Below, in pieces: positions 28,848 to 39,376 of a stretch of 64,000 bases of DNA. A program made the translations under genes and the position numbers. The stretch comes from Acutalibacteraceae bacterium. Its GTDB lineage: Bacteria; Bacillota; Clostridia; Oscillospirales; Acutalibacteraceae. A model generated the notes under the pieces. That model had not been told where the DNA came from. It saw only the letters and a program-made list of their open reading frames with translations, and searched no databases. Location of the stretch: assembly GCA_045588555.1 (NCBI GenBank), contig JAZNEL010000013.1, positions 17,394-81,393 on the forward strand, read 5' to 3'. Each line of letters begins with the position of its first letter. Position 1 is the first letter of the stretch.

Positions 28848-30302
28848 ATGATGAAAAAAATCAATGAAGCGTGGTGCATCGATAATAATGGCTTTCCCAC
28901 GGAGGATGCACTGGTAAAAAGATACATAAGCGTTACTCCTTCGCCGAGGCAGATGAAATTTTTGCAGATGAAATATTATAACTTCATTCATTTCGGTGTA
29001 AACACCGTCAATAACAGAGAGTGGGGTGACGGCAAAGAGGATATATCCCGCTTTAATCCCGAAAGGCTTGACACGGACCAGTGGTGCCGCGTGCTTAAGG
29101 CTACTGGCAGTAAGGGAGTTATTATCACCGCCAAACATCACGACGGCTTCTGTCTGTTTGATACGGCATATACGGACCATAATGTTATGAACACTCCCTT
29201 CGGCAGAGACATAGTTAAAATGCTTTCCGAAAGCTGTAAAAGGTACGGTCTGAAGCTGGGCATTTATCTCTCACCCTGGGACAGGCACGAAAAAACCTAC
29301 GGCACAGAGGCCTATAATGACTTTTTCACCGCACAGCTTACGGAGCTTTGCACGAATTACGGTGATATATTCTGCTTTTGGTTTGACGGTGCCTGCGGTG
29401 AGGGTGAAAACGGTAAAAAGCAGCGGTATGACTGGGCAAGATATTATTCGGTCATCCGTAAATATCATCCCGAGGCGGTTATAAATATCTGCGGCCCCGA
29501 TGTGCGCTGGATAGGTAATGAGGGCGGCAGAGTCAGAGAAAGTGAATGGAGCGTAATTCCCGATGAAAGGGACAGCAACGAGCTTATTGCCGAAAACTCA
29601 CAGACCGACGAAGCGCAGGCGAGGGAGATGGCGGAAAAACTCGATGATTACACCGAGGATTTAGGCTCGAGACAGGTGCTCGAAAAATATAAAAGCCTCG
29701 TGTTCAAGCCTGCCGAGGCAGATGTGTCCGTGAATTACGGCTGGTTCCACAGCAGTAAGCTCTTTTCCCGTGCGCGGAGAGGGAGAAGCCCTGAAAAATT
29801 GGCACAGATTTACTTTAACACCGTGGGCGGTAATGCCTCTATGCTTCTTAATGTACCTCCCGACCGTCACGGCCTTATAGGAAAGAGAGAGGAAAAAAGA
29901 CTTATTGAGTTTACCCGGCTGATAAATGAGCCCTTTAAAAATGAGATAGAGAGCTTTTCTCTTTACGCTCTTTCCGTCGAGGGAGAAAAAAGAAAAATTA
30001 CCGACGGTGAAATGCTGAAAAACGATGAGGTCGGTTATTGCCTTGCTTTTAAGGATAAGAAAAAAATCTCCGCCCTTACCTTCTGTGAGAATCTTGCTTT
30101 CAGTCAGAGAACGGAAGAATTTAAAATCTATGCCGCCGACAAAAGAGGGGAGTACACTCCCGTTTACAAAGGCACCGTCGTCGGCTCGGGTAAGATCGTG
30201 AGATTTAAAAGGCCTGTTCTGACCGATGAAATCCTTATCGCGGTAACGCAGTCCAGGTCGAATCCCGTTCTTAATGAAATAAAAGCCTACGCAGAAGTGT
30301 AA
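28848..30302 (+). CDS. Alpha-L-fucosidase, GH29 (no signal peptide)
   Basis: 'VIITAKHHDGFCLFDT', 'YLSPWDRHE' and 'FCFWFDGA' are typical GH29 catalytic-domain blocks. A C-terminal beta-sandwich is present. 484 aa. Confidence 0.85.
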   Translation: MMKKINEAWCIDNNGFPTEDALVKRYISVTPSPRQMKFLQMKYYNFIHFGVNTVNNREWGDGKEDISRFNPERLDTDQWCRVLKATGSKGVIITAKHHDGFCLFDTAYTDHNVMNTPFGRDIVKMLSESCKRYGLKLGIYLSPWDRHEKTYGTEAYNDFFTAQLTELCTNYGDIFCFWFDGACGEGENGKKQRYDWARYYSVIRKYHPEAVINICGPDVRWIGNEGGRVRESEWSVIPDERDSNELIAENSQTDEAQAREMAEKLDDYTEDLGSRQVLEKYKSLVFKPAEADVSVNYGWFHSSKLFSRARRGRSPEKLAQIYFNTVGGNASMLLNVPPDRHGLIGKREEKRLIEFTRLINEPFKNEIESFSLYALSVEGEKRKITDGEMLKNDEVGYCLAFKDKKKISALTFCENLAFSQRTEEFKIYAADKRGEYTPVYKGTVVGSGKIVRFKRPVLTDEILIAVTQSRSNPVLNEIKAYAEV

Positions 30303-30379
30303 ATTATTGATTTTCTGTTGATTTTACTGTAATTTTATGTTAAGATACATAGTATACTTTATTTTGGGGAGGCTGAACT

Positions 30380-31285
30380 ATGAAACAGAGTCTTGTCAGA
30401 AAAATAGCGATGCTTATGTGTTTGGTTATGCTTTTCTGTGCCGTGCCCTTCAGCACCTATGCGGCTGATAATGGAAAAAACGGTATTACTGCCACTGAAA
30501 TCGAAAGACTTGATAAGGACGAAGCCACAGAGAACACAGAGGGTACAGAGCAGAAAAAGAGCTTAACGGAGACCCTTAAGGATATTATCGAATCGGTAAA
30601 AAAGGTCGTAGTTGCCATCGCCGCTTACCTCGAGGAGCAGGAAAAGACAGAGCAGGAGCAGACAGAGCCTGTTACGAAGCCTGCAGAGGATGAAAAGAAG
30701 GATGACGATAAGGACATCAGCGAAAGCGGTATCGCTGGCTATCTTTACGATGCAAAGGAAAAATGCTTTTACACCGCCTCCGACCCCTGGCAGAGAGTAG
30801 TCGGCTATAATGAGCTTTTTGACATCTTCTCCGAGGTTGCGTGGATTGACTTTGACACAGTCCGCTTTAAGTTCGACTATAAGGATAAAAACTGGTGTGT
30901 TCAGATTTGGAAGGGTCAGTACGGACTTCTTTTCTACGGCGCGGAGATCGGTGTTTATAATAAGCCCGCTGACCGTAAAATCGCTCACTACGATGCAGTA
31001 AAGGACGATGAGCGTCTGCAGATGTCTATGGACTTTTACGAATATGAAAAAAGTCTTTTCAATAAGGGCGAATGGAATAAGAAATTCTCCCGTCCCTATG
31101 ACTACTATTGGTGGTGCACGGGCTTCATTCCCGGAAACAGAGATAACGAGTTTGATAAGCTCCGTGTCGATGCACGAATCACCGCCAAGGACTATGATAT
31201 GCTTTCCTCTCTTACCAAGGCAATCAAAAAAGAAGGCATAGAATATAAGGTAAAGGGACTCGATGTAATTCTTACATATCAGTAA
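30380..31285 (+). CDS. Secreted protein: signal peptide, Glu/Lys-rich linker, uncharacterised conserved C-terminal domain (paralog C)
   Basis: Signal peptide 'MKQSLVRKIAMLMCLVMLFCAVPFSTYAA' and an acidic linker 'EEQEKTEQEQTEPVTKPAEDEKKDDDKD'. The C-terminal ~185 aa (nt 30728-31282) are homologous to paralogs A and B. Confidence 0.85.
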   Translation: MKQSLVRKIAMLMCLVMLFCAVPFSTYAADNGKNGITATEIERLDKDEATENTEGTEQKKSLTETLKDIIESVKKVVVAIAAYLEEQEKTEQEQTEPVTKPAEDEKKDDDKDISESGIAGYLYDAKEKCFYTASDPWQRVVGYNELFDIFSEVAWIDFDTVRFKFDYKDKNWCVQIWKGQYGLLFYGAEIGVYNKPADRKIAHYDAVKDDERLQMSMDFYEYEKSLFNKGEWNKKFSRPYDYYWWCTGFIPGNRDNEFDKLRVDARITAKDYDMLSSLTKAIKKEGIEYKVKGLDVILTYQ

Positions 31286-31411
31286 TATGAAGGTGCCGTT
31301 GCAGTAAGCTGCAGAGGATGTTTCCTTCGTCCCGAGGGCGTATGCTTCTCCGAGAGGGCGAAAAAACAAATATTATATGCAGCATCATATTATTCCATAT
31401 AACAATTAAAA

Positions 31412-31460
31412 CGGATGTGTTTTAAAAGTCAGCAGTAACTTAAACACATCTGTTTTTTTT
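31412..31460 (+). terminator. Rho-independent terminator after paralog C
   Basis: 11-bp stem (31412-31422 pairs with 31442-31452, one G-U) followed by T8. Confidence 0.7.
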
Positions 31461-31521
31461 GTTTTGCTTTTTGGTCGGCGAATGCGACAGCTCCTTTTTG
31501 TTGTATTTTTCACTTCTTCTA

Positions 31522-31550
31522 TTGATTTTTAATTTTATAACTGATATAAT
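31522..31550 (+). promoter_or_regulatory. Putative sigma-A promoter for asnS
   Basis: TTGATT (31522-31527), 17 nt spacer, TATAAT (31545-31550). Confidence 0.5.
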
Positions 31551-31609
31551 ATTAAACTGAATAAAATGCATTACTATGTAAAAATCTCTTTTTATGGAGG
31601 TAAAAAGAT

Positions 31610-33004
31610 ATGAAAAGAACTGAAATAGCAAAGCTTTATCAGAACGCCGAAGCCTACACCGAGGGCACCGTAAAGGTGTGCGGCTGGATCAGAACTAACC
31701 GCGACTCAAAGGTTTTGGGCTTTATGGAAATCAATGACGGCTCCTGCTTCAAGGGTGTACAGATCGTTTTCGAAAAGGAAAAAATCGATAATTTCGCCGA
31801 GGTAGCGAAGTACAATGTAGGCGCCGCAGTAATCGTAGAGGGTAATCTCATTCTTACCCCCGAGGCAAAGCAGCCCTTTGAAATCAATGCCGTAAAGGTT
31901 GAGCTTGAGGGTGCCTCCGCTCCCGAATATCCTCTGCAGAAAAAGAGACATTCTCTCGAATATCTCCGTACCATCGCTCATCTGCGTCCCCGTACGAACA
32001 TTTACTCTGCTTCCTTCCGTGTACGCTCCGTAGCCGCACAGGCTATCCACCGCTTCTTCGAAGGCGAGGGCTTCATTTATGCGCACACACCGCTCATTTC
32101 CTGCAGTGACTGTGAGGGCGCGGGTGAAATGTTCCGCGTGACCACTCTCGATATGGAAAATCCGCCTAAAACCGAAAACGGTGACATCGACTACAGCCAG
32201 GATTTCTTCGGCAAAAGTGCCTTCCTTACCGTTTCCGGACAGCTTCAGGGCGAAATTATGGCACAGGCCTTCGGTAAAATTTACACCTTCGGTCCTACCT
32301 TCAGAGCGGAAAAAAGCTACACCCAGCGTCACGCCGCCGAATTCTGGATGATTGAGCCCGAAATCGCATTTGCAGACCTGTGCGACGATATGGATCTTGC
32401 CGAAAGAATGATCAAATTCGTCATCAATTATGTTATGGAAAACTGCAAGCAGGACATCGAGTTCCTTAATCAGTTCGTTGATAAGGGACTTATCGAGAGA
32501 CTTACTGCCGTGGCTTCCTCCGATTTCGCAAGAGTTACATACACCGAGGCAGTTAAATTGCTCGAGGAGCATAACGACGAATTTGAGTTCAAGGCATACT
32601 GGGGCTGTGACCTTCAGACGGAGCACGAAAGATACCTTACGGAGCAGATTTTCAGAAAGCCCGTTTTTGTTACCGACTATCCGAAGGAAATCAAGGCCTT
32701 TTATATGAGACTGAATGACGACGGTAAAACCGTAGCCGCCTGTGACCTTCTCGTTATGGGTATCGGTGAAATCGTCGGCGGCAGCCAGAGAGAGGAGCGC
32801 TTCGATGTTCTCACCGAAAGAATCAGAGAGCTCGGACTCAAGGAGGAGGACTACTGGTGGTATCTCGACCTTCGCAAGTACGGCGGCACCAAGCACGCAG
32901 GCTTCGGTCTCGGCTTCGAAAGACTCGTTATGTATCTTACGGGTATTTCAAACATCAGAGATGTGCTTCCCTTCCCCAGAACCACAGGCTCTGCAGACTT
33001 CTGA
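31610..33004 (+). CDS. asnS: Asparagine--tRNA ligase
   Basis: Class IIb architecture with an N-terminal OB fold, 'FGPTFRAE' (motif 2), 'GGSQREER' and 'GFGLGFERL' (motif 3). 464 aa. Confidence 0.95.
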   Translation: MKRTEIAKLYQNAEAYTEGTVKVCGWIRTNRDSKVLGFMEINDGSCFKGVQIVFEKEKIDNFAEVAKYNVGAAVIVEGNLILTPEAKQPFEINAVKVELEGASAPEYPLQKKRHSLEYLRTIAHLRPRTNIYSASFRVRSVAAQAIHRFFEGEGFIYAHTPLISCSDCEGAGEMFRVTTLDMENPPKTENGDIDYSQDFFGKSAFLTVSGQLQGEIMAQAFGKIYTFGPTFRAEKSYTQRHAAEFWMIEPEIAFADLCDDMDLAERMIKFVINYVMENCKQDIEFLNQFVDKGLIERLTAVASSDFARVTYTEAVKLLEEHNDEFEFKAYWGCDLQTEHERYLTEQIFRKPVFVTDYPKEIKAFYMRLNDDGKTVAACDLLVMGIGEIVGGSQREERFDVLTERIRELGLKEEDYWWYLDLRKYGGTKHAGFGLGFERLVMYLTGISNIRDVLPFPRTTGSADF

Positions 33005-33037
33005 TTTTAAACAAATACTTTAAAAGGGTGATATATA

Positions 33038-34321
33038 ATGGCAGAACTCAAAACATATTCAAAGGAAAAATTACTCGAGCTTAAAGCCGCTCTTCAGGAG
33101 GAATACGACAGCTTCAAGGAGCAGGGTCTCAAGCTCGATATGTCCCGCGGTAAGCCCGGCTCGGATCAGCTTGCTGTTTCAAACGGACTTTTAGACGCCA
33201 TCACCTCCAGAGACTGGGAGGATGACGCGAGTAATCACAGCCTTGAGTACAGAAACTACGGTCTTCTTACGGGTATTATCGAATGTAAGGAAATTTTCGC
33301 CAAGCTTCTTAAGGTGCCCACCTCGAATGTTATCGTCTGCGGTAACTCCAGCCTTAATATGATGTTTGACTACATCACACAGTGTATGCTGACAGGCTCG
33401 GGCGGTGCTCCCTGGAAGGATCAGGGCGAAATCAAATTCCTCTGTCCCTGTCCCGGCTATGACAGACACTTCGCCATCGCAGAGTATTACGGTATTAAGC
33501 TTATCCCCGTGGAAATGACCGAAACAGGCCCCGATATGGATGCTGTAGAGGAGCTCGTAAAGGATGAAAAGGTAAAGGGTATGTTCTGTGTGCCCAAATA
33601 CTCTAATCCCACCGGCGTTACCTACACCGGTGAAACCGTGGACCGTATCGCCGCTATGACTCCCGCGGCAAAGGACTTCAGAATTATCTGGGACAATGCG
33701 TACATTATCCACGACCTTACCGACGAAACGGAAAAGCTCGATAATATCTTCGATGTTCTGAAAAAGTACGGTCACGAGGATATGGTTATCGAATTTACCT
33801 CTACCTCGAAAATCTCCTTCCCCGGCTCGGGTGTGGCAGTGCTTGCCGCTTCCGATAATAACATTAAAATGATTATCGACCGAATGAGCATTCAGACCAT
33901 CGGCTACGATAAGCTTAATCAGTTCAGACACGTTAAGTTTTATAAGGATGTAAAGGGCATCAAAAGTCATATGAAGCTTCATAAGAATATTCTTGCCCCG
34001 AAGTTCAAGGCTGTTATCAATGAATTTGAAACCCAGCTCGGAAAGTACGGCGTAGCCACCTGGACCAAGCCCAAGGGCGGTTATTTCATCTCCCTGGATG
34101 TTATGGAGGGCACGGCAAAGCGTGTATACGAGCTCTGCAAGGAGGGCGGTGTAACTCTCACCACCGTCGGTGCTACCTTCCCGTACGGCTTCGACCCGAA
34201 GGACAGAAACATCCGTATCGCTCCCTCTTATCCTCCCGTGGATGAGCTTCTTACAGCTACCAAGCTTCTCTGTATATGCGTAAAGCTTGCCGCTTGTGAA
34301 AAGCTTCTCGGGAAAATTTGA
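33038..34321 (+). CDS. PLP-dependent aminotransferase, fold type I (aspartate aminotransferase-like)
   Basis: 'PKYSNPTGVTY' and 'FTSTSKISFPGSG' (candidate PLP lysine). 427 aa. Confidence 0.8.
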   Translation: MAELKTYSKEKLLELKAALQEEYDSFKEQGLKLDMSRGKPGSDQLAVSNGLLDAITSRDWEDDASNHSLEYRNYGLLTGIIECKEIFAKLLKVPTSNVIVCGNSSLNMMFDYITQCMLTGSGGAPWKDQGEIKFLCPCPGYDRHFAIAEYYGIKLIPVEMTETGPDMDAVEELVKDEKVKGMFCVPKYSNPTGVTYTGETVDRIAAMTPAAKDFRIIWDNAYIIHDLTDETEKLDNIFDVLKKYGHEDMVIEFTSTSKISFPGSGVAVLAASDNNIKMIIDRMSIQTIGYDKLNQFRHVKFYKDVKGIKSHMKLHKNILAPKFKAVINEFETQLGKYGVATWTKPKGGYFISLDVMEGTAKRVYELCKEGGVTLTTVGATFPYGFDPKDRNIRIAPSYPPVDELLTATKLLCICVKLAACEKLLGKI

Positions 34322-34446
34322 TTAAAGAGTAATTAATTTGTTAATTTTGCATTTTAACTTTTACTATATCTATTGACTTTTCGGGGTTTAGGTGGTAGTA
34401 TTAGTATATACGATTATGTAGAAGTATATTATCAGGAGGAATTCTT

Positions 34447-36171
34447 ATGAAAAATTGTCTTAAAAGCCTTCTTTGTATGCTTATGGTTCTCACTGTAGTG
34501 TGCACACTTTTTGTTCCCGCTTTTGCATCCTTTGACACTGCAGCAGTTATCGAAATGGACAAAGCATACGGTGAAAGCATCACCTCAAACGACGGCGAAG
34601 ATTACTACAAATTCACCACTACCGAATACGGCAGAGTCCGTATCTATTTCACCACATCCATGAGACCCTTTACTCTTGCCATCTACGATGCGAATAAAAA
34701 TGAAGTAAAGTCATGGGTAGCTACCCGCTCCACCTCCGGTGATGTGGCTTACAGCCAGACTCTCGAAGCAGGCACCTATTTCCTTAAGGTTAACGGCGAG
34801 GGTGTTTTAGGCGCTATCGGTGCATCCACAGGTGACTACAGCTTCAGAATGACCTTCACTCCCGAGAGCAAGGGCGAAACAGACGCTGATAAGAACAATG
34901 ACCTCAAATATGCAAAGGAAATCAAGCTTGATTCCACATCTTCAGGTAAAATCCTTAACGACGGTGAAAATGATTTCTATAAGTTCACCATCAATTCTTC
35001 AGGTACCGTTACCGTAAAGTTTACCTCAAAGATGGAATACTACAGCATCTATGTTCTTAATGCTAACGGTGATTCCGTATGGTCACAGGCAAGCAACAAA
35101 TGGGATGCTTCCAAAAAGCAGAGAGTAGATACATATAAGCTTGAGCTTTCAGCAGGCACCTATTACATCAAGGCAAACGGTATGGGTAAAATAGGTACTC
35201 TTATCAAGCGTGATGTAAATTCCACAGGCAGCTACAAATTTGACCTCGATTTCAAATCTGCAGGTGCTAACTCCGTAGAGCCCAACAACTCTATCGTTAA
35301 TCCCAATAAGATTTCCTTCAATAAGAAAATCAAGGGCCACCTTTCACTTACAGACGGTGCAGATTATTATGAAATCAATGCCTCAAAGGGCGGCGTAATG
35401 ATCGGCTTTGTATCCTATATGTCTTCCTACAGCATCCGTGTTCTTGACGCTGATAATAAAGAAGTTTGGAGCAGCAAGGGTAATGCTTTAGGCGAAAAGG
35501 TTACCACTCGTAAGGATCTTCACGAGTTTAATCTCGCAAAGGGTAAATACTTCATCGTAGTTGACGGCGGTACAGGTAAGTATAACTTCGAGATTTCAAA
35601 GGAAATCAGCGTAGGTAAAACAAAGATCACCAGCTACGAAAGAACTACCTCTACTCTTAAGCTCAGATGGGCTAAGGTTAAGGGCGCAGACGGCTACGAG
35701 GTATTCAAATACGACGAAGCAAAGAAAGAATTCGTAAAAATCGGCTCCACCACTACTAAGAGATACCTCACTGTTAAAAAGCTTAACAGCGCTACAGTTT
35801 ACGATTTCAAGGTAAGAGCTTATAAGAAGCTTAACGGTGTAGTAGTTTACGGTGAATTCAGCGCAGAAAGAGGCGCACTCACCACTCCCGCAAAGGCAAC
35901 CATCAGCAAGGTTACCGCAGGCAAAAAGACTGCTACAGTTAACTGGAAGACAGTAGCCAATGCATCCGGCTACCGTGTATTCTACACCACAGACAAAGAC
36001 TTTGACTATGCAAAGAGCACAATGGTTAAGGATTCAAAGGCAACCTCAAAGACAATCAAAAAGCTTAAGAGCGGTAAGAAGTACTACTTCAAAGTTAGAG
36101 CTTACAAAACCTTCAAGAGCAAGAACATCTACGGTGCACTCAGCAAGGTTAAGTCTGTAAAGGTTAAATAA
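34447..36171 (+). CDS. Secreted protein: three PPC (pre-peptidase C-terminal)-like repeats plus two Fn3 domains, no catalytic domain
   Basis: Has a signal peptide. Three ~115-aa repeats each contain 'DGEDYYKF', 'DGENDFYKF' or 'DGADYYEI' followed by 'G.Y.(L/I)KV.G' and 'G.Y.F'. Two Fn3 repeats of the same flavour as in paralog B follow. Promoter: TTGACT 34373-34378, 17 nt spacer, TAGTAT. Confidence 0.8.
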   Translation: MKNCLKSLLCMLMVLTVVCTLFVPAFASFDTAAVIEMDKAYGESITSNDGEDYYKFTTTEYGRVRIYFTTSMRPFTLAIYDANKNEVKSWVATRSTSGDVAYSQTLEAGTYFLKVNGEGVLGAIGASTGDYSFRMTFTPESKGETDADKNNDLKYAKEIKLDSTSSGKILNDGENDFYKFTINSSGTVTVKFTSKMEYYSIYVLNANGDSVWSQASNKWDASKKQRVDTYKLELSAGTYYIKANGMGKIGTLIKRDVNSTGSYKFDLDFKSAGANSVEPNNSIVNPNKISFNKKIKGHLSLTDGADYYEINASKGGVMIGFVSYMSSYSIRVLDADNKEVWSSKGNALGEKVTTRKDLHEFNLAKGKYFIVVDGGTGKYNFEISKEISVGKTKITSYERTTSTLKLRWAKVKGADGYEVFKYDEAKKEFVKIGSTTTKRYLTVKKLNSATVYDFKVRAYKKLNGVVVYGEFSAERGALTTPAKATISKVTAGKKTATVNWKTVANASGYRVFYTTDKDFDYAKSTMVKDSKATSKTIKKLKSGKKYYFKVRAYKTFKSKNIYGALSKVKSVKVK

Positions 36172-36224
36172 TCAGCTTAAATACGCAGTATCGCGGTACT
36201 GAACGCTGACTGAAAAGTAAAGTA

Positions 36225-36269
36225 AACAGATATGCTGAAGTTATCTTTAACTGAAGCATATCTGTTTTT
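36225..36269 (+). terminator. Rho-independent terminator
   Basis: 12-bp perfect stem (36225-36236 pairs with 36255-36266) followed by a T-run to 36269. Confidence 0.7.
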
Positions 36270-36354
36270 GATTTTACGGTAAAGCTTTTCTGAATAAGCT
36301 GAACTGATTTTCTCTGAAAGACTATTGACTTATTTTTCTCTTTGTGTTAAAATC

Positions 36355-36601
36355 TAAAAGATATTTACGGCTGTGACCGGAAGGAGTAGCACAGGGATGC
36401 TTGCAGAGAAAAGGCGGTTGGTGAAAGCCTTTAGCGGAAGTGTGTGAAGGTAGTCCGTTAGCCTCGGGAAGAAAGGCGGAAGCTCATTAGACCCCGGCGT
36501 CTGTCCGCGTTAAGGATTTTGAGTGCGGTGATTTTCACCGAATTCAGGTGGTACCACGGATTTTTCTCCGTCCTGATTTTTTTTCGGGACGGAGTTTTTT
36601 A
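36355..36601 (+). promoter_or_regulatory. T-box riboswitch leader (valine-specific candidate) controlling valS
   Basis: Upstream extended -10 promoter: TTGACT 36325-36330, 17 nt spacer ending TGT, TAAAAT 36348-36353. Stem I carries AGAGA and GGTGAAAG elements. A GUA triplet at 36450-36452 is the candidate specifier. The T-box sequence 'AATTCAGGTGGTACCACGG' lies at 36541-36559. Terminator stem CTCCGTCC (36566-36573) pairs with GGACGGAG (36587-36594), followed by T7. Confidence 0.85.
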
Positions 36602-36641
36602 TTTAATAAAATATATTCTTTAAATACAGGAGTTGATTAAA

Positions 36642-39263
36642 ATGGCAAAGGAACTTGCTAAACAGTATGATCCTAAGGATGTCGAAGACAGAATCTATGC
36701 TTCGTGGCTCGAGGGTAAATACTTCCACGCAAAGGTTGACGAAACGAAGAAACCTTATACTATCGTAATTCCCCCTCCAAACATCACAGGACAGCTTCAT
36801 ATGGGTCACGCTCTCGATAACACTCTTCAGGATATTCTCATCCGTTTCAGAAGAATGCAGGGCTATGATACTCTCTGGCTGCCCGGTACTGACCACGCTT
36901 CCATCGCTACAGAGGCTAAAATCGTAGAGGCTATGAAGGCAGAAGGTATCTCAAAGGAGGACCTCGGCAGAGAAGGCTTCCTCGAAAGAGCCTGGGACTG
37001 GAAAGCACAGTATGGCGGCAGAATCATCGAGCAGCTTAAGAAAATGGGGTCCTCCTGCGACTGGGACAGAGAGCGTTTTACTCTCGACGAGGGCTGCTCG
37101 AAGGCAGTTAAGGAGGTTTTCGTAAATCTTTACGAAAAGGGTCTCATTTACCGCGGCGAAAGAATTATCAACTGGTGTACTCACTGTAAGACCTCCATTT
37201 CCGATGCAGAGGTTGAGTATGAGGAGCAGGACGGTAATTTCTGGCACTTCCGCTATCCCTTTAAGGACGGCGACGGCTACATCGAGGTAGCTACCACCCG
37301 TCCCGAAACCATCCCCGGTGATACAGCTGTCGCAGTTCATCCCGACGACGAAAGATACACCGACCTTATCGGTAAAACAGTTATCATTCCCGTTATCGGC
37401 AGAGAAATTCCCATCGTAGCCGATACCTACGCAAAGATGGACAAGGGTACCGGTGCGGTTAAAATCACACCTGCCCACGACCCCAATGACTTTGAGGTAG
37501 GTCTTCGCTGTAATCTTCCCGTTCTTAATGTTATGACCGATGACGGCTTTATGAACGAGAAGGCAGGCAAATATGAGGGTATGAACCTTATGGAATGCCG
37601 TAAGGCTATCATTGCCGACCTTGACGCCGCAGGCGCTTTAGTAAAAATCGAGCCCACAAAGCACGAGGTAGGCACCTGTTACCGCTGTCATACATCCGTA
37701 GAGCCCCGCGTTTCGAAGCAGTGGTTCGTTAAAATGGAGCCTCTGGCAAAGCCCGCCATCAAGGTAGTACGCGAAGGCAAGGTTAAGTTTATTCCCGAGC
37801 GCTTTGATAAAATTTACTATAACTGGATGGAAAATATCCGTGACTGGTGTATTTCCCGTCAGCTCTGGTGGGGTCACAGAATCCCTGCCTGGTACTGTGC
37901 TGACTGCGGTGAAATCACCGTTTCGAAGGAGACTCCCGATAAGTGCTGTAAGTGTGCAGGCACAAACCTCACACAGGATCCCGACACTTTAGACACCTGG
38001 TTCTCCTCGGCTCTCTGGCCCTTCTCCACTCTGGGCTGGCCCGAAAAGACTCCCGAGCTTATGCACTATTATCCCACCAGCACTCTCGTTACGGGCTACG
38101 ACATCATCTTCTTCTGGGTAGCAAGAATGATTTTCTCCGCTTGCGAGCAGATGGGCGAGGTACCCTTTGATACCGTATTTATCCACGGTATCGTTCGTGA
38201 CGAGCTCGGCAGAAAGATGAGTAAGTCTCTCGGAAACGGCATTGATCCGCTTCTCGTTATCGATAAGTACGGTGCAGATGCCCTGCGCTTCACTCTTGCC
38301 ACAGGTAACAGCCCCGGAAATGATATGCGTTATTCCGATAAGAAGGTTGAGGCCTCCCGTAACTTCGCTAACAAGATTTGGAATGCCGCCCGCTTTATCC
38401 TTATGAATCTCACCGAGGACGAAAAGGCACCTCACATTCCCGCTGATCTTGCCCTCGAGGACAAATGGATTCTTTCACAGTTTAACAGCCTCGCAAAGGA
38501 GGTTACGGATAATCTTGATAAATTCGAGCTCGGTATCGCTGTACAGAAGCTTTACGATTTTATCTGGGATTTATTCTGCGACTGGTACATTGAGCTGGCT
38601 AAAATCAGACTCCAGAAGGGCGGCGCAGAGGCAGAGACAGCCCGTGCAGTTCTCGTTTATGTAATGAGTGAGACTCTTAAGCTTCTCCATCCCTTTATGC
38701 CCTTTATCACCGAGGAAATCTGGCAGACTCTTCCTCACGACGGCGAAACCATTATGCTTTCTGCCTGGCCTACCTTCAGTGAGGAATTAGTCTTCACCGA
38801 GGATGAGGAGAAAATGGGTATCATTATGGATGCCATCAGAGCAGTCAGAAACAGACGCTCGGAAATGAATGTACCTCCCTCGAGAAAGGCACACGTTTAC
38901 ATCGCTACGGATAAGAAGGATATTTTCGACCTTGCAGTGGTATTTATGCAGAGACTCGCTTCCGCTTCCGATGTTACCGTAGGCGACAGCTTCTCCATCG
39001 ACGGCAGCGTAAGCATCGTTACTGCCGATGCGAAGATTTACATTCCTATGGGCGACCTCGTTGACTTCGAGGCTGAAAGAAAGCGCCTTATGAAGGAAAA
39101 GGAGACTGCAGAAAAGAAGCTTGCACAGATTAACGGCAAGCTTAATAATCCCGGCTTCCTCGCCAAGGCTCCTCAGAATGTTATCGACGGACAGAAGGCA
39201 GACGCTGAAAAGCTCACAGAAAAAATTAAGATGATTGACGAAAGTCTCGCATCATTAGGTTAA
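36642..39263 (+). CDS. valS: Valine--tRNA ligase
   Basis: '[14 protein letters not shown]' (HIGH), 'KMSKSLGN' (KMSKS), a CP1 editing domain and a C-terminal coiled coil. ATG 36642 follows AGGAG. Confidence 0.97.
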   Translation: MAKELAKQYDPKDVEDRIYASWLEGKYFHAKVDETKKPYTIVIPPPNITGQLHMGHALDNTLQDILIRFRRMQGYDTLWLPGTDHASIATEAKIVEAMKAEGISKEDLGREGFLERAWDWKAQYGGRIIEQLKKMGSSCDWDRERFTLDEGCSKAVKEVFVNLYEKGLIYRGERIINWCTHCKTSISDAEVEYEEQDGNFWHFRYPFKDGDGYIEVATTRPETIPGDTAVAVHPDDERYTDLIGKTVIIPVIGREIPIVADTYAKMDKGTGAVKITPAHDPNDFEVGLRCNLPVLNVMTDDGFMNEKAGKYEGMNLMECRKAIIADLDAAGALVKIEPTKHEVGTCYRCHTSVEPRVSKQWFVKMEPLAKPAIKVVREGKVKFIPERFDKIYYNWMENIRDWCISRQLWWGHRIPAWYCADCGEITVSKETPDKCCKCAGTNLTQDPDTLDTWFSSALWPFSTLGWPEKTPELMHYYPTSTLVTGYDIIFFWVARMIFSACEQMGEVPFDTVFIHGIVRDELGRKMSKSLGNGIDPLLVIDKYGADALRFTLATGNSPGNDMRYSDKKVEASRNFANKIWNAARFILMNLTEDEKAPHIPADLALEDKWILSQFNSLAKEVTDNLDKFELGIAVQKLYDFIWDLFCDWYIELAKIRLQKGGAEAETARAVLVYVMSETLKLLHPFMPFITEEIWQTLPHDGETIMLSAWPTFSEELVFTEDEEKMGIIMDAIRAVRNRRSEMNVPPSRKAHVYIATDKKDIFDLAVVFMQRLASASDVTVGDSFSIDGSVSIVTADAKIYIPMGDLVDFEAERKRLMKEKETAEKKLAQINGKLNNPGFLAKAPQNVIDGQKADAEKLTEKIKMIDESLASLG

Positions 39264-39268
39264 TTATT

Positions 39269-39312
39269 AAACCCGGACAGAGGATTCCTTTGTTCGGGTT
39301 TGAATTTATTTT
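39269..39312 (+). terminator. Rho-independent terminator after valS
   Basis: 15-bp stem (39269-39283 pairs with 39287-39301, two G-U) followed by a T-rich tail. Confidence 0.65.
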
Positions 39313-39376
39313 AATAACATTTTTATTTACATTTTAACTTATGGGTGCTATACTGAAATTAAAGGAGGAGATAAAT

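Noticed and set aside
31706-32896. A 396-aa ORF on the minus strand, entirely inside asnS.
   Set aside because: It is antisense to a gene with unmistakable class II aaRS motifs. It has no RBS and a low-complexity Gly/Val/Leu/Phe-rich translation. It is a typical shadow ORF of a codon-biased gene.
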